Position numbers and translations under genes: made by a program
NCBI RefSeq assembly: GCF_009834535.1
Contig: NC_045696.1
Span: forward strand, 104,968,001-105,032,000
Direction of reading: 5' to 3'
DNA length: 64,000 nt
Origin: Camelus ferus
Lineage: Eukaryota
Notes under the pieces: model-generated
What the model saw: the letters and a program-made list of their open reading frames with translations, nothing else
What the model was told of the DNA's origin: nothing
Databases searched by the model: none
Part shown: one piece after another, positions 1 through 13,765 of the stretch
Position numbering within the stretch: position 1 is the stretch's first letter
How the letters are laid out: each line of letters begins with the position of its first letter

Positions 1-1545
1 CAGTGGACGGCGATCCCCTCCCCCTTGCCTCTTGGGATGCCTCCTTAGATGCTCAGGTGGCTTGGCTGAGGATTACAGGGCTCAAGGTCCCCAGAAATCA
101 AGGCTGCTTTGGTTCTGGGGACAGAGGTTGTCCAAGTGCACATCTGCACCCACAGCCACAGAAGACATCCACACCAATAACTAGGTTGTCTCAATGTCAG
201 GACCCAAGAGTGAAAAGACACTCAGGACCCACCAGAGCCAGCAGTCAGCAGGAGCAGAAGCCCAGCTTCCTAAGGATCTATAGTCAGCCACTGCCAGCTT
301 TTAGATGACAGTAGGTGCCTCACATAGACTCAACCCTGGAGGACCTCCACAATTTGGGCACAGGAGCTAATACCATTCTAATATGGGTTGAATGTCATGA
401 CAGAGACCCATCTGTCTCATACGCCCCCCCCCAATGCCTTCCAGACAGCTTGTCATGTTGCCCAAAATGCCACCAGTGTGCAAAGGCTTAACCCTATGGG
501 TTGAGCAGTGCCCTCTCTTTCTAAATGCAAACATGGCCAAATGAGATCATGCATCGTGTCCCTTTACCTTAGTTTACAGAGAAGTCAGAGTGTTTCCTCT
601 CTGATAAGAAGACAGAAGTAGAGGACTAGGGCACCGTGTCCTGTAGACTTGAGGCAGGGGCAGCTCCAGATTTCCTCAAATGGAGCCCATTTGGTTGTAA
701 GTGCGAATGAGGTGACTTGTTTCAAAGCTAGTGGCTGCCTAGAGAGCCCTCCATCTTCCGTAAGATTAGGTGACTCTGATCAATAGAAGTAGCAAAGTTT
801 TCTCAAGAAGCTTCTAATCACATTTCCCATTGGACAGAGAAAACAAATTGTGAGAGCAGGATGATGACGATTCTCACCATTATTAGTAGCATTTTAAGGA
901 GTGACTTCCAGGGAGCAGCCACACCCCACCTCCCAAAGGTCTTGAGAGAGATCCTGGAGGAAACAGGGGAGCAGGAAGAGACACTGCATGAGGGGAGACA
1001 GTGGATGAGAAGGAAGCTGAAGGTGGCCCAGCAGTTCAGTCAGCCCTTCCCTTCTCCCTCGTGAGCTCCGGGACAAGAGATGGGACACATCTAAAAGGAA
1101 AACTCCACCTTCAAGCCAAGATTCTTGGCTGGTCTGACCTGAGTTCCTTCACATAAGAGGACTGGAATGTAACTACTGGGAGACTAGGGTAAATAGGAGG
1201 CAGGGGGTTGCTCAAGAGGAAAAAGATGCAAGTTCCAGTTTTAAAAAAAAATGCCTTCCTCATGACCGCTAATGAAAAGAAGAGTAAATCACCAAAACAT
1301 CTTAAACATCATTTTAAAATTAATAAACAAGATACAAGCATCTTGATATTTCTGACGATGATGCAATAAAGTCAAAAGAATTGGTTTTCTTTTGGAGAAA
1401 AAAATAACCAACAAAAAGAAAGTGAAATCTAGGTCTTGAATGTGGAATTCTTTTTACTCTGATTATAAATGCTTTTAGGCTTTTCTCCTGCTCCAAAGGA
1501 CCGCACACCTTCCTACAAACAAACAAAAACACACAAGAAAGGGAG

Positions 1546-1701
1546 AGGAAGGAAGGGAGGGAGGGAGGGAGGGAGGAAGGAAGGAAGGAAAGAAGGAAGG
1601 AAGGAAGGAAGGAAGGAAGGAAGGAAGGAAGGAAGGAAGGAAGGAAGGAAGGAAGGAAGGAAGGAAAGAAGGAAGGAAGGAAGGAACGAAGGAAGGAAGG
1701 A
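1546..1701 (+). repeat. (GGAA)n / (GGGA)n polypurine microsatellite
   Basis: About 155 bp of near-perfect GGAA repeats. Confidence 0.97.
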
Positions 1702-4687
1702 AACTCTTAAAATACCATGAACTGCAAACTCAGTATTTTCTCTCATTCCCCAGCATTTCTGTGAGTCTCCTGAGTGTGATGGCTTGTCTTTTAGTTCTTG
1801 GCTCTAAGCCCTGATTCTTAAGCCCTCCCATACAGGGTCTGGAAGAAAGAATTTGGAGCATTCTGCAGCAGACAAGGGTGCCAGAAGTGCTGGCAGAGCA
1901 CACCGAACTGAGATTCCAGGACTGTGTGGGCTTAAACTGTCCTTACCTGACGACTTGGAACATCAGAGTAAGTGGTCTTCTAACTCCAGAAGCAGAGAAG
2001 ACTCCCCACCTTCCCAAACTGTTCTCCTACATCCTAGTTCACGTCTAAATACTAGGGATGTGCTCCTTTGGGTTAACATTACCCTTGGTAGGTTTGGAAC
2101 CATCACCTACAGGGCAGACTATTATCTGAAACACACTGCATTTCAAAGGGTTTGTGGAATATACTGAACATCTGTCCCTAGGAGAGCACCTGTGGGTTGG
2201 AGAACTTGAAGGAGCAGAAAGAGTTGCAAAAATAAACATTCAGAAACTCAAACCACTAAACACACATCCAATCAAGCTAGAGAAATTCTTACGGGGTCTC
2301 CTCCCCTGATTCTTCATAAGCTTCTGTAATGAAAAGCCTGCCTTCCTGTCCCCTGGGCGCACGTGCCAGGGGGCAATGACAGTAAGTCTTGCAAACAGGC
2401 ATGGCTCCCAAAGGAGACCAACCAGGCGTTCCTGGGGACAAGCTGCTGGAGAAGCCCCATCCCTCACTCAGGAAACTCCTTGAGAAGCAGGCTTCCAGCT
2501 AGATGGGGAGCAACTCCTTCCTCTCTCAGGGCTTCACTCTCCATCCCAGCAGGTAAAGGGACAGCGGTCTCGGCCCCCATTTCAGGCAGGCCCCAACAGA
2601 GACCCCAGATGAAGACGTAAGGCCCCATCCCCATCTCCCTGGCCCTCCGTGTTTTTTCTCCGGTCAGCCTCCAAAGGGCTTGTTCACCGGCTTGTTCTCA
2701 GTGTCCAGACGGTCAAGTGCAGGGAGGGAAAGGAGGAGCAGCCGGCCCAGAGGAAGAGGACCCTCTGGAAACGCCAGTGGAGCACTGAGCACCCATCACC
2801 CACACTCACTTGGGGATGCCCTGCCCACAGCCAGACCCAGGGCTGCCGGGGTACATTCTGTGAAATGAAGCAGACGTTTCCTTAAAGCACTGGGCCTGAG
2901 CATCGGGTAGTGTTTCCTGACAGCACGAGGGAGCCTGTCTCCCCACCTGTGTTCTCCAGCTACAGAAGTCCAGGGTAAACCGTCCTGCTGCAGAGAAAGT
3001 CGTAAATAATGCATCTTAAGACCCAGACTTCAATATTTTTGAAGGGTTTCATTTCTCCTCCCTTCCAACTTTGATATATGTACTTACTTAATAAGGGTCT
3101 GGGGAGGGTTAATTGAATTAATATATGTAAAGTGCTTAGAGTTTGAAGAGAATACGCAATATAAATGGAAGTGTCACTAAAAAGGTTAATCGAATTTACA
3201 TCTAACACTTTCAGTTCATGGTGTTAATGAACTATATCCTTTTAGAGAGTGATTAATTTATAGAAATGTGATTATTTGTCCTAATGCTATATATGGGTTG
3301 GCTTCTCCTATTTCTGTAGCTAACTTTATAGGAGAATTCAGCATTTTATAAATTAAAATAATAAATCAAATACCCCCATAATGGTTATATTTCATTAATT
3401 ATAAGGAGACATGAATTAGATTAACATTTATCTGTTTTAATTAATTTGCTGCAATGCAGTTATCCATGCAAATTGGAAAACGACACATCAACTTGACATA
3501 ATATTAACAGTTTTGACTGGTTCTTCCCTGAAAATTTATGTCCCTGCAGCTGCTGCCTCCCTGGTGTAACCACGGTGACCACCCCCCCGTGTGACACACA
3601 CAGGCCTTATATCAAAGGACTGGGAAGGGCTTTAATGCTAAATTCAGGCTTCTCCTGAAAATATCATTAATTAAATTGGTAAGACAGTATAAACCCAGAA
3701 GGATGTAGTGTTTTGTTTGGGGGGTTTGAGTCCTGAATTCTCCAAACAAATTTCTTACATCTGATTGCCTTATTTTCTTAGGGACTTTATCCTTCCAAAG
3801 GCGTTCAGAGCCGCTTGCACATGAATACTCAGAACTTTCTTGAGCAGAGGAGGGAGGTGCCCCCGTGTCCTTTCTGCTTGGGGAAAAGCAGATCCCAGAG
3901 GGCAGAGTGATTTGCCCCGAGACTCACACTCATCAGTGGATCCAAGTCACGTGACCTGGAGACCATGCCTTTTCTTCCTTCTCCACCACAATTTCCTTGT
4001 CAGATTTCTTTGAAAACTGCAGATTTGTTTAACTATATAATACAACAGACATCACAGAAATGCAGCGACAGAAAGTCACAAAAATGATGTGTGGTATTTT
4101 TTTTTAAATCAGCAAAATTTAAGTTAAATTTCAGCTAATTAAGCATTTTTAGAAGCAATGACAGTGGCATCTGTGGCTTTTCTCAGTGACAGTTCCTGTG
4201 GCCTCTGCTGGACCTGACTCCTTCCCACATTTTGTTCTCCCAGCTCATCTGCAGAACTGAGTGTTTCCAACCTTTACAAAATGAATGCTGTAATTGGTTT
4301 GGAAGGAGAGTCAGCTACCTAAAGGGGAGAGGTCCAATGTGTAGTTCTTACCAGTGACCAAAGGCAGGGAGTGGCCCTGACTGGGAGAAGTGTGCAAGGG
4401 CAGCAGCGTGGGTGGCATCGTCCTGGCATACAGCCACTCCCTCAACACCCAGCCTTCACTCTGGACCTTGGATAGTGCTGGGCACTGGTCCCACAGAGGT
4501 AAGCAGGATGCTTCCCCCTTAAGGGGCTCACAGTCTGCCTGGGGAGACAGAGAGACAACAGGCACTTTGATGGGGGCAACTAGAGGTGGTGAAATAAAAA
4601 GGGACAAGGCCCCCACCCCAGGAGCAACCCGTGCAAAGAAATGAAGCATTCCCTAGGGAACTGTCAGCCATCGGGATGGGGTTGGGG

Positions 4688-4857
4688 TGCCCTTCTCAAC
4701 CTTGGCTGGGCTTCAGAAACACCTGAGAGCTTTAGACAAAATCCCAGGTCCTAGCCTAGAGTGATGACATCAGCATCTCTGCAGGTGGGGTCTAGACATC
4801 CATGTTATTTTAAGTTTCTCAAGTGGATTGACTGTGCATCCAGAGTTGAATCACTGA
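4688..4857. mobile_element. MER5-like hAT DNA transposon (MITE)
   Basis: The pattern ttctcaaccttggctg...catcagcatctctg...cagagttgaatcactg is typical of MER5A/B. Confidence 0.65.
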
Positions 4858-5360
4858 CACAGTGGATAAGAGAGTAGTCTCCAAAACTGGACCTTGTCCG
4901 TTCTAATCCCAGCTCTACTGTTTTGCTAGGTGAGTGAACTGGGTAAATAGCTTAACCTGCCTGGCCTCAGTTTCCTCACCTGTACAACGGGGATAGTAAA
5001 AGCACACACCAGACTGAGCAGCTGAAGGGTTGAATGAGGATTTTTTTTAAGTATACTTGATTTACAATGTTGTGTTAGTTTCAGGTGTGCAGCATGGTGA
5101 TTCAGTTACTTATATACATATATACGTACTTTTTCAGATTCTTTTCCATCATAGGTTATTACAAGATATTGCATATAGTTCCCTGCACTATACAGTAGGT
5201 CCTTGTTGTTTATCTATTTCCTATGCAGTAGTGTATACCTGTTAATCCCAGGCTCCTAATTTATCCTTCCTTCTTCTGCCCCCCAAATGAGTATTAATAT
5301 CTATAAAGCACTCAGAACAGCACCTGGCACACAGTAAGTTCTTGATAGATGACAGTACTT
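4858..5360 (+). mobile_element. MIR SINE interrupted by an L1 3' fragment
   Basis: MIR core (aatcccagctct...gcctcagtttcctcacctgta) before 5040, resuming (aaagcactcagaacagcacctggcacacagtaag) after 5286. Confidence 0.75.
5041..5285 (-). mobile_element. 5'-truncated L1 3' end
   Basis: Poly-T followed by ttgatttacaatgttgtgttagtttcaggtgt. Flanked by a near-perfect TSD, aatgagga / aatgagta. Confidence 0.85.
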
Positions 5361-7254
5361 ACTACCTGGAATCTACTGGAAAGTTCACCAAGGGAAGAGG
5401 AGGCCAGATGAGAAGTGAGGGGAAAAAATCATCAACAGACTTTTATGTGAGGTTGGAGAGTTTGGATCTGTCTTGAGATGGCTGGGATTTGTCATCAGGG
5501 ATGAGGCTCTCTGTTCTAAGAAGGTAACTAAGCCCCTGAGCATCCTGGCTTCAGAGCAGGCTTGGGTTGCAAGGGCGAAGGCAGAAGTTCTCCGCAGTAC
5601 TTGGTGCCCAGGCCTTTGCTCTATGAATGCCTGAGCCCCGTGAAGGGGTTAGGGTAGGGATGGGAGAGGGGGAAGGTGGGAGGAGGACTGGTTTCATCCA
5701 GGTGGCCTGTTCCAGCTCTGATCCCCACAGCACCCCCGGGGCAGTGGCTCCGAACTGTCATGTGAGGATTGGACTTCAGGCGCTGAAGCCCCAGTGGCAG
5801 CAAAGATTCTGCTGCCTGTGGAAGTAGTCAGCCTGGGACATCACGAGGCCATGCTTTTCAGACAAAGAGCATCACAAGGCGAACCTGTGAGGGGTGGAAA
5901 CTGGAGGCAATTTCAAGAGTGTTACGCTATTCTCAAAATCCTGGGACCCTATCAGACCCTAGCATGGATGGTGAAGTTTGGAATTCATGATGACTGGGAT
6001 GGAATTTCTCATGGGCCTGGTGGGACTGGGGCTCATGCCATCCATCCTGGCTGCAGTGTGAGGGATGGGATGAGGAAGAGATTTTGAATAAGGCAGTAGC
6101 AATGGGCATGGAGGGCAGTGGGAAGGCTCTAGGTCTTTATGGGCAGGGCAAACTGGACACGACGAGGGGTGGGTAATGACGGAAGAGGAGAGCTAGGAGT
6201 GCTGGAGGACTCCGGGCTCTGGCTTTGGTGAGTGTGTGGGTCTTTACCTTTCACCCAAATAGAGGCCACAGAGCCAGCAGCAGACTCCTGGAGGGAAGAT
6301 GAGAGGCTGGGTTGGTGCTAGTGGGGCTGGTGGTGCCCCAGGGCATCCTAGAGGGACAGACATTGAGTGGACCTCTGAGCGGGGCTCAAGATGAGCTAGG
6401 AGAAAAGAGATGGCCCTGGTGAGGACTCATGTGAGCTAGGGACAAGCAAGGTCTTGAGAAAGTACTGGAGACAAGTGCCTGTTCTGAAGATTAGAAAAAC
6501 CACCAAGGAGTGGCTTCAGGTGACATGACCCAAGATATCTCCCTGGTGCAGGATTAAAACCAACTGCAAGCAGCCTGACCCCTTGGTCTGATTCCCGGCT
6601 CTGCTGCTACATGCCCTACGGTGTTCATATACCAACCTATAAAATGGGTGTTTGTGAAAAAGACAATTGACATATATAAAATAGTGCAAAAGGTGGCCTT
6701 ACAAGCAGTCAGATCGCTGCTACTCCACCTATGTCATCTCCTTCCACCCTTGCCACGCTCACCGTTCAGCATCCCCTCCTCATTCTCCCCAGGGACCGGG
6801 CTTCAAGTACATCTAATACACTTGTGAGTGTTTGTGGTAGCTACTTAAAAAAAAGGAGTCAGAGAAGGGCTATGTTTAACCCAAATGATGACGGCTGGGA
6901 GGTCTTCCTGGAGCAGGAGAGCCCTCCAAGCACGTCTAGGACCATGCAATGCAGACAGCTGCCCTTTCTGTTTGAGGCCAGGCAGATGGGAGGTGAGGAA
7001 GGCTTCCAGCTGCCTAGACAAGAAGAGAGAGGTCATGCTCATTCCTGATGGAGAAGTGAATCAGACAGTGAAGTGTCCCGAGAAGCTGGTTCTTTCAGCA
7101 ATTTTGGAGTGAAATCCAAATGTTCTCAGAAAGTGACGAGATGCCTCCCGGGGCAGAAGAGTGTCTCTGGCCCCACTCAGAGCCTTCCTCGAGCAGACAA
7201 CACATCACTCTGCCAGGAAAGCCCGTGCAGTGTGGGAAATCCACGTCTCCCACA

Positions 7255-7470
7255 CTGTTCTGGGTTCAAATCTCAGTTCCACTGTCTCTAAGGTATGAGA
7301 CCACGGGCAAGTTACTTTCCTTCTCTGGGCCTCAGTTTTCTCCTCTGTAAGGATGGGATAGTAATTCTACCCGCATCATAGGTAGATCAGACCAACTGGA
7401 GCTAGATCAAACCAACTGACACATGCAAAGTGCTTAAAATAGTGCCTGGCACTCAGTATGCATTCAGTAA
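7255..7470 (+). mobile_element. MIR SINE
   Basis: ctgggttcaaatctcag...gggcaagttac...gcctcagttttctcctctgtaa...aaagtgcttaaaatagtgcctggcac. Confidence 0.75.
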
Positions 7471-8004
7471 ACATCCACTCTTATTAGCTCTGTAATCTGT
7501 ATGCACAAATACATTTGTCCAGGGCCGAGCTCCCTCCTCACTCCAGCCTGTGTACCAACCATAGGCATTCTTACCTTGCATTACCTGTCCTGCCGCCCCC
7601 ACCATCTGCTTACCTAATGCCCACTCACCCATCAAGACCCTTTTCCTTTTCCCCATAAATCTTTCCTGGCTTCTCCTATCCTTGTCAATGTTTGCCTTTC
7701 CTACAAGACTTCTTTGGGATCTTTAATGCGCAATCTACCCTTTCCTCATAAGCTATCAAGTTCTCCAATAGCTTGTGTCATGTGTGACGCTTGCCCTAGA
7801 CAGAGTGTGAGCTCTTTGATATCTGAAATTTGTTTTATCTTTTTGTTCCTCTCACAGAGAATAACAGGAGACTCAGAAATAGCTAGCTGTTGGCTGATAA
7901 GGCAGGAAGCACGTTTGGTTTGGCCTCTCACCCCAGGCATCCTCCTCTGACTAGTGCCCTCTCCTGCCTTCTGCCTGTTGCTCCCCCAAAGCTCACAGCC
8001 TGAC

Positions 8005-8390
8005 TGTTGTGGATGTTTGTGTTCCCCCAGAATTCATATATTGAAACCCTACTCCCAATGTGATGGTATTAGAAGGCAGGGCCTCTGGGAGAACCTCTCC
8101 TTATAACCCAAATCACAGCACATTAGGATTAGAAGAGGTCATAAGGGTGGAACCCTCATGAATGGGATTAGTGCCTTTATAAGAGTCGAGAGAGAGCTTG
8201 CCTCCTCCCCCTGCACGCCACGCATAAGGGCACAGTAAGTCGGCAACCCAGAAGAGAGCTCTCACCAAAACCCAATCATGCTGGCACCCTGACCTTGGAC
8301 TTCATCCTTTAGAACCGTAGAAATCAATGTCTGTTGCTTATAAGCCACCCAATCTACAGCATTTTTGTTACCATAGCCCCAGCTGATGAA
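8005..8390 (+). mobile_element. MLT1A-like MaLR LTR
   Basis: tgtgttcccccagaattcatatattgaaacccta...gctggcaccctgaccttggacttc...ttgttaccatagccc. Confidence 0.8.
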
Positions 8391-9199
8391 GATGGTGAAC
8401 TTCTGTTCTATTCCAGGCCAATGTCTTCAGCTCAGCACTCCTCCCCCAGCTCAGTCCTCTCATGGTCCATCCGCAAACCCACCATTCCAATGAAACCATT
8501 TCCACTGGGTCCCAACAGTGGTGGGCTAGCTAACAAATAATACAATAACCTTCTGTCTCAAGCTGTCATTTGGTTATCGCAGCTTCAGTTACCCCCTTTC
8601 CACAGAAACACGCATCATCCCCACAGAGGTTGCCGGTGTCTTAAGCAAAAAAAAAAAAAAAAAAAAAAGCCTCTCTGCTTCCCGGGATAGCAGAGCTGGA
8701 AGGAAAAGCTCACTGGTCAGGGTTCTCCTTACAACCCAGATCACAGCAATAAAGCTCTTCTTCCAGAGACCAGTACCGCACACCTTCAGCACTGACACAT
8801 AGGAACATGTATTTATATAGATAGCACGCAATCCTGAGTCCTTCCTCAGGACTGGCCCTGCATTAAGTGGCAGGGATTTGGAGATGAATGAGACAGGGGT
8901 CCTGGCCTCGAAGGCATTCAAAGAATCAGATGTTTTCACAATTCAAGCCAAATGTCTCTCTGTGCGTGTATGTCTTTATATATGATTACGTCCACACATA
9001 TGCACATACAGAGAGAACAGAGTTTGAACAGAGGGAAGGTATGAACAAAGCTATTGAACTGCCAAGAGCTCAGTCAGAAAAGGAGAATGCCACCAAATTT
9101 CAGATGCTAGAACCAGTGTTTAAACCATCAGTAATTAGTCACTGTGTATTTAGTGCTGTTACAAGCCATGAACTAGGCTAAGTGATTTCTAAACACTAT

Positions 9200-9370
9200 T
9201 CCTGACAACCACTTGGCAAGGTAGATCTTTGTATCCCCATTTTATAGATAAGGAAACTGAGGCACAAAGGGATTAACTAATTGGCCCAAGATTATGTAGC
9301 TAGGAATCAGCAGGGCCAGGATTGGAACCCAGGTTTGTCTGGCTACTAAGCCCAAATTTTACTTCCTATA
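9200..9370 (-). mobile_element. MIR SINE
   Basis: ccccattttatagataaggaaactgaggcac...ggattggaacccagg. Confidence 0.8.
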
Positions 9371-11720
9371 GGACAAGAGAAAACATTTAAACTATCTATG
9401 CCAAGAAACAATAGGATCACAACAGCAAACAGGTGGATTCAGTAAGCCAGTCATTACTGACTGCTCAGCTCACATCCGGAGGCCAAGCAGCAGGGTGGCC
9501 TTGGAGATGCAGGGAGAATCAGGATGAGAGTCCAGCCCTCAGAGCTTACAGGGCAATGCTGGAGCCAGACAGGGAGCACAGGTGCCCCAGAGTGAGAGCC
9601 ACAGCCTGAGGGACCAGCCTGGGGACCAGTCGGGGTAGGCTCCCAGGTGAGACCATGTCCACACCTGGTGGTGTCTTGAGTCACAGAAGAAATTAGGCTG
9701 AGGAAGGCAGCCTTCTAGCCTGAAGACATAGCCCAAAGGGCCCAGGGCAGGAGCAAGCACATCCTGGTCCAGGAACCACAGGTGCTTCCGGGTAAGTGTA
9801 GGTCAGAGTGCACCCTCTGGCGCAGGGCTGAGAGCTTTTTGCCATTTGCACTTTAGTTGTTGGGGAAGTAACTGTCACACTCCTAGGAGACACATGCTAT
9901 TTCCCCAGAGGTGAAATGGGACAGTTATCATAACAATTCCATACCACCTTCAGCCCTGCAGGAGGTTCTGCGTGTGCACTTTGGAATATGTAAGGATGGT
10001 TTGTGAATCTGTGAGAGGGAGGATGCTTGAAGCAAGAACACAGGTTTCCATGGATGAGAGAAATGCCCACTCCTCTCACCTCCCAACAGGTCCCTTTAAA
10101 CAACAGCCCTGGACTCCCCCTACCACAGGGGCTCCTGGGGATGTCAGAGATACAGTCGTCTTCCCTGTAGTCGAAGATCTGCCCTTCAAACCAAAGGGGA
10201 GACTATCTGATGAACTGTCAGGGGGCACTAGGCATGGTGACCCTTCTCATTCTCACGCCAGTGTCACATCCTCCACTGGAGGTCCTGGCAAGTCATTTAC
10301 CCTCTCTCTGACTTAGTTTCTTCATCTGTGAAGCAGGCAACCAATACCAGCCCTGCGTAGGCTGTAAAATTTAGAGACAGATCAGGTAAAGGAATTATTA
10401 GCGCAGTGCCTGTTACACACTAAGGAGAGGTTCCACAATCTGCAATTACTACAAGTATATCATGCTATACAAATATACTGTTACAGTTCTGCTCTCTTAC
10501 CTCCCTATGACCAAATGCTGCTCTCGCAAGCCCTCTTCCTACCCCCATACCATAGTACTATGCTTGGCACAAACTCTGCCTGCTGTCATTCTCTTAAAAT
10601 GTCCACATTAAAGACAAAAAATCTTGTCCAGCTAAATCAAATCTCTCAAAGAAAGGTAGTAGTGAAATGGGAATGGGACGGGGGGCGGTCTTCCTATATT
10701 TGCTAAGAATGCTCCAGGGCACTGAGCCAGGCTCTGGGCACACAGGGGGGCACCACCTCAGTTGTTACTGGTAGTCTATACTCAGGTACCATCCTGAACA
10801 CCCTGTGCCTGGATGCTGAGAACTGAAAAAGGTTTGTGTACCAGGTCCTTAAGACCTGAGACCACTGATATGTCACCAAATGTAGCACAAATCTTAAGAT
10901 GTTTGTCTACATTGTATTGCCTTTTTTCCTTCTGGATGTGACACATCATTCTCTGCTTCAGAGGCTCCTTGGGTCCACACAACACCTTCCTAGCTTTGCT
11001 CATAAAACATGTGCACAGAATCTGGTCTTTTCAAGGCATTCAGGAGATGCTTTGTTTGTCTGTTGTGAATAGCCAAGATACAGGAGAATAAAGGTAAGAG
11101 GTTATAATAACTGCCTAGCCACCGCATTATTTCTGAAGTTGGGATTATGTTTGCACCAAAAGTGCAGTGATTCTGTGAAAACCTCAAACAGTTCCTGGGG
11201 ATTGGCTGCTCGGTTCCCTACCACAAGAAGTAAAAAACACAAAGGCAGAACCAGCTGTGTGCCACAAACACGACATCATACACCAGCCCAAGCCGGGAGG
11301 ATGCGCTTCCAGACAGTTGTCTGGAGGGTGCATTGAAGTCAGCCAGGCAGCTCGACGCCACACTCCCAATTTTCCTCTACACATTAATACAGAATTGTAT
11401 GGAAGAAGAAAGCTATAATTCGTTCAATCTTCTTTGCATGCCGTTCTGACTTTTCTCCTTTTTAGTGATGGGAATAATAACCACACGAACCTTAGAAACG
11501 GCCAAGTCGTTGCAGGATGTGTCATCCAGGAAGCATCCCTTCAGTATCTCCAGTGCTCCTCAGAGATGATGTGAAATTTGGAAACATAAAACGCATGTGC
11601 ATTGTAACAAGGAAAGTAAGTCCTGTAAATACCAACTAAAGTGTCATAGTAAATGTCTCTGTTTTGATCAAATACTACACATTTGTCTTTAAAAAAAAAA
11701 AATGGAGCTGACAGCGCCCT

Positions 11721-11738
11721 TTGCCGCCCCCTACTGGG
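11721..11738 (-). promoter_or_regulatory. CTCF core motif
   Basis: The minus strand reads CCAGTAGGGGGCGGCA, which fits the CTCF consensus CCASYAGRKGGCRS. Confidence 0.65.
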
Positions 11739-13765
11739 TGGAAAGGGAAAGGAAAAAAGAATGCGGTGGATTCAGACAGCAACTTACATTCCTCAGAGCC
11801 AATCAACTTTTTACATTAGAAAGACAAATGGGTTGTTTTCACCACGAAATGAATATGTTCTGAGTAGGGAAGATGAAAGTCTTGGTTAAAATGCACATAA
11901 TTATTCATATAAAAGTGAATCATTGAGAGCCTGGATTTTTTTTTTTCTTCTCAATCTTTCTCTTATCTCTACCAAGCTTTCAATTTCTTCCTAGGAACTC
12001 AATGGTGCACACAAGCACACCAGGTCTTCTTCCTAAACGAGTTTTCCCCTTTCTTCATTTGCTGTGAGCAACACCCCCCTCCCCGTTTGTAGACATCTGC
12101 TCATACATACACCATTTGCTCTGCTACCAAACGACGGAAAAAATCTTCAAAAACATGTCATCTGCCTGTCTAACGAAGTGTCTATATATTGGGCAGGAAA
12201 GAAAAAGGTTTGGAAGTTCATTGTTTTTTATTCTTATTTTCACCAAAACAACAGTCTCTCGGACCAATCAGCGACTCCTTTCCACATTCGTTTACCTTTG
12301 CCACATGTTTGAGACATTTTCATAATCAGTTTTTCTTTGTCTTCCCCAAAAAGAAACTACCTCTCAAGGATACAGAGGTGGGGGAGGTGGCGGGGGTAGG
12401 GGTGGTGAATTGCTGAAAAGAAATAAGATGTGCTTATAAAATAATGTCACCAAAAACTAATGTCTCGTATTCTTCTCAATTGTATCACTCTCAAGTTGCG
12501 GGAGAGGAATTTCCGAGGTCCAGAGAAGGTCAACTGTCTGCCTCGCACTCTCCCCACCCACCAAGAGTAATTAAACATAGTATACATTCCCTCCTGAGCC
12601 ACGGGTAAGTTACAGTTCAAAGGCAGCGTGCAAATCAGGTTGCCTTTAATAGTGGGCCTCTTAATCTACAAGCGCAAACTCCTCCGTCCTCTGATGAGGG
12701 TCAGACAACATGCCAGTGACCACGTTCCTCCCCCAGCTGGTTACCGGGAAGATTTGACCACAGAGCTTAAACCAAGCGCACGCCCTCCTAGTCAATTGCG
12801 CAGAGAATCAACAAGTTATCACTGAGCTGGGAGCTCCAGCCCAGAACAGCCACTGCTTCCGCAGCGTCGACCGCCACCCACCGCCACCCACCATAGTCTC
12901 TGCTCTACCCTGGCCTCTCCTCTCACGGTCCAGCAAGCACGTGACCCTCAGTTTCAGATCCGCCCTCCTGGCGTCCCGACCCCAGCGCTCCTCCCCGCGC
13001 TCCTAGGCAGCAGTCAAATTCCGTGGCTCGCCTAGCCAGCCTACAGTCTCCCGACAGCTCCAGGCGTTCACCAGGATCTTGCTTCCTCCCGCGCAGGAGG
13101 AGTGGGGAAGGTCAAGAACTCCAGACTAATAGGGTTGAGGGGACGGAGGTCACCAGATTCGGCGTCTCTGCGCTCGGGTACTGAAGCAGAGTCGGAGAGG
13201 CTGTGCGGAGCGTCACATCCCGCACTTCTTCCGGGCTCCATGGCCCACCCGTGGAGGGCGTGCGTTCCCAGGGGAGCCATAGCCGCCCTGGGGGAGCCTG
13301 AGGTCAGCCAAGAAGGCCTCCCCTGGAGCCCCTAAGTTTCCACCCCATCCTCTATCTGGGAGACGAGCCTGCTCCCCTCTTTGAAGGCTCTGCCGCTAAT
13401 CCCTCCCTCCCAGCAAGAGCAGGCAACTGCCTCTCCGTGCCGCGCCAGCGCCCTGCTCCAGCCGTTCCCCGGCGGAAGCCACTATGCCCCCACTCCGGCG
13501 CAGACAGCCCCCAAAGTTGTCCGGACTCCCCAGACCTCGCCCTCTCCTCGGTCCCTGGAACCCTCCAAAGGGATGGACCAGCGTCCGCATGTGGAACCTC
13601 TCTGGTCCAGGGCGCTCACTTCGGGGATCCCGGGCGCACTGAGGTCGGGAAAGCTGTGGCGAGGGAGGTTGTGCAAATCCAGAGTCAGCCTGAGTCCCCA
13701 CAGCTTGCACCCTAAGCTCTCCCTGCCTCCCTCCTCGGAGACGAGGAAACTTCCCCAGCACCCAC

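Larger units (their letters stand above)
1..13765 (-). other. CLSTN2: Start of CLSTN2 intron 1 (continues beyond the window)
   Basis: GT donor at 13765-13764. No exon 2 sequence (expected to encode VNKHKPWIE...) was recognised in 1-13765, and the interval is repeat-rich. Confidence 0.88.

Noticed and set aside
1359..1367. C/EBP-ATF composite site TGATGCAAT
   Set aside because: An isolated 9-mer that could easily occur by chance in 64 kb.
1469..1746. ORFs with GRKE / LPSF repeats
   Set aside because: Translations of the GGAA microsatellite.
3946..3955. Perfect CLEAR/USF palindrome GTCACGTGAC
   Set aside because: A single motif inside a MIR-like remnant, about 10 kb from the promoter, with no supporting context.
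13482..13765. Continuation of the CLSTN2 ORF past LLAAK (GGCWGSF...)
   Set aside because: Read-through into intron 1. Similarity to CLSTN2 ends at the GT donor.
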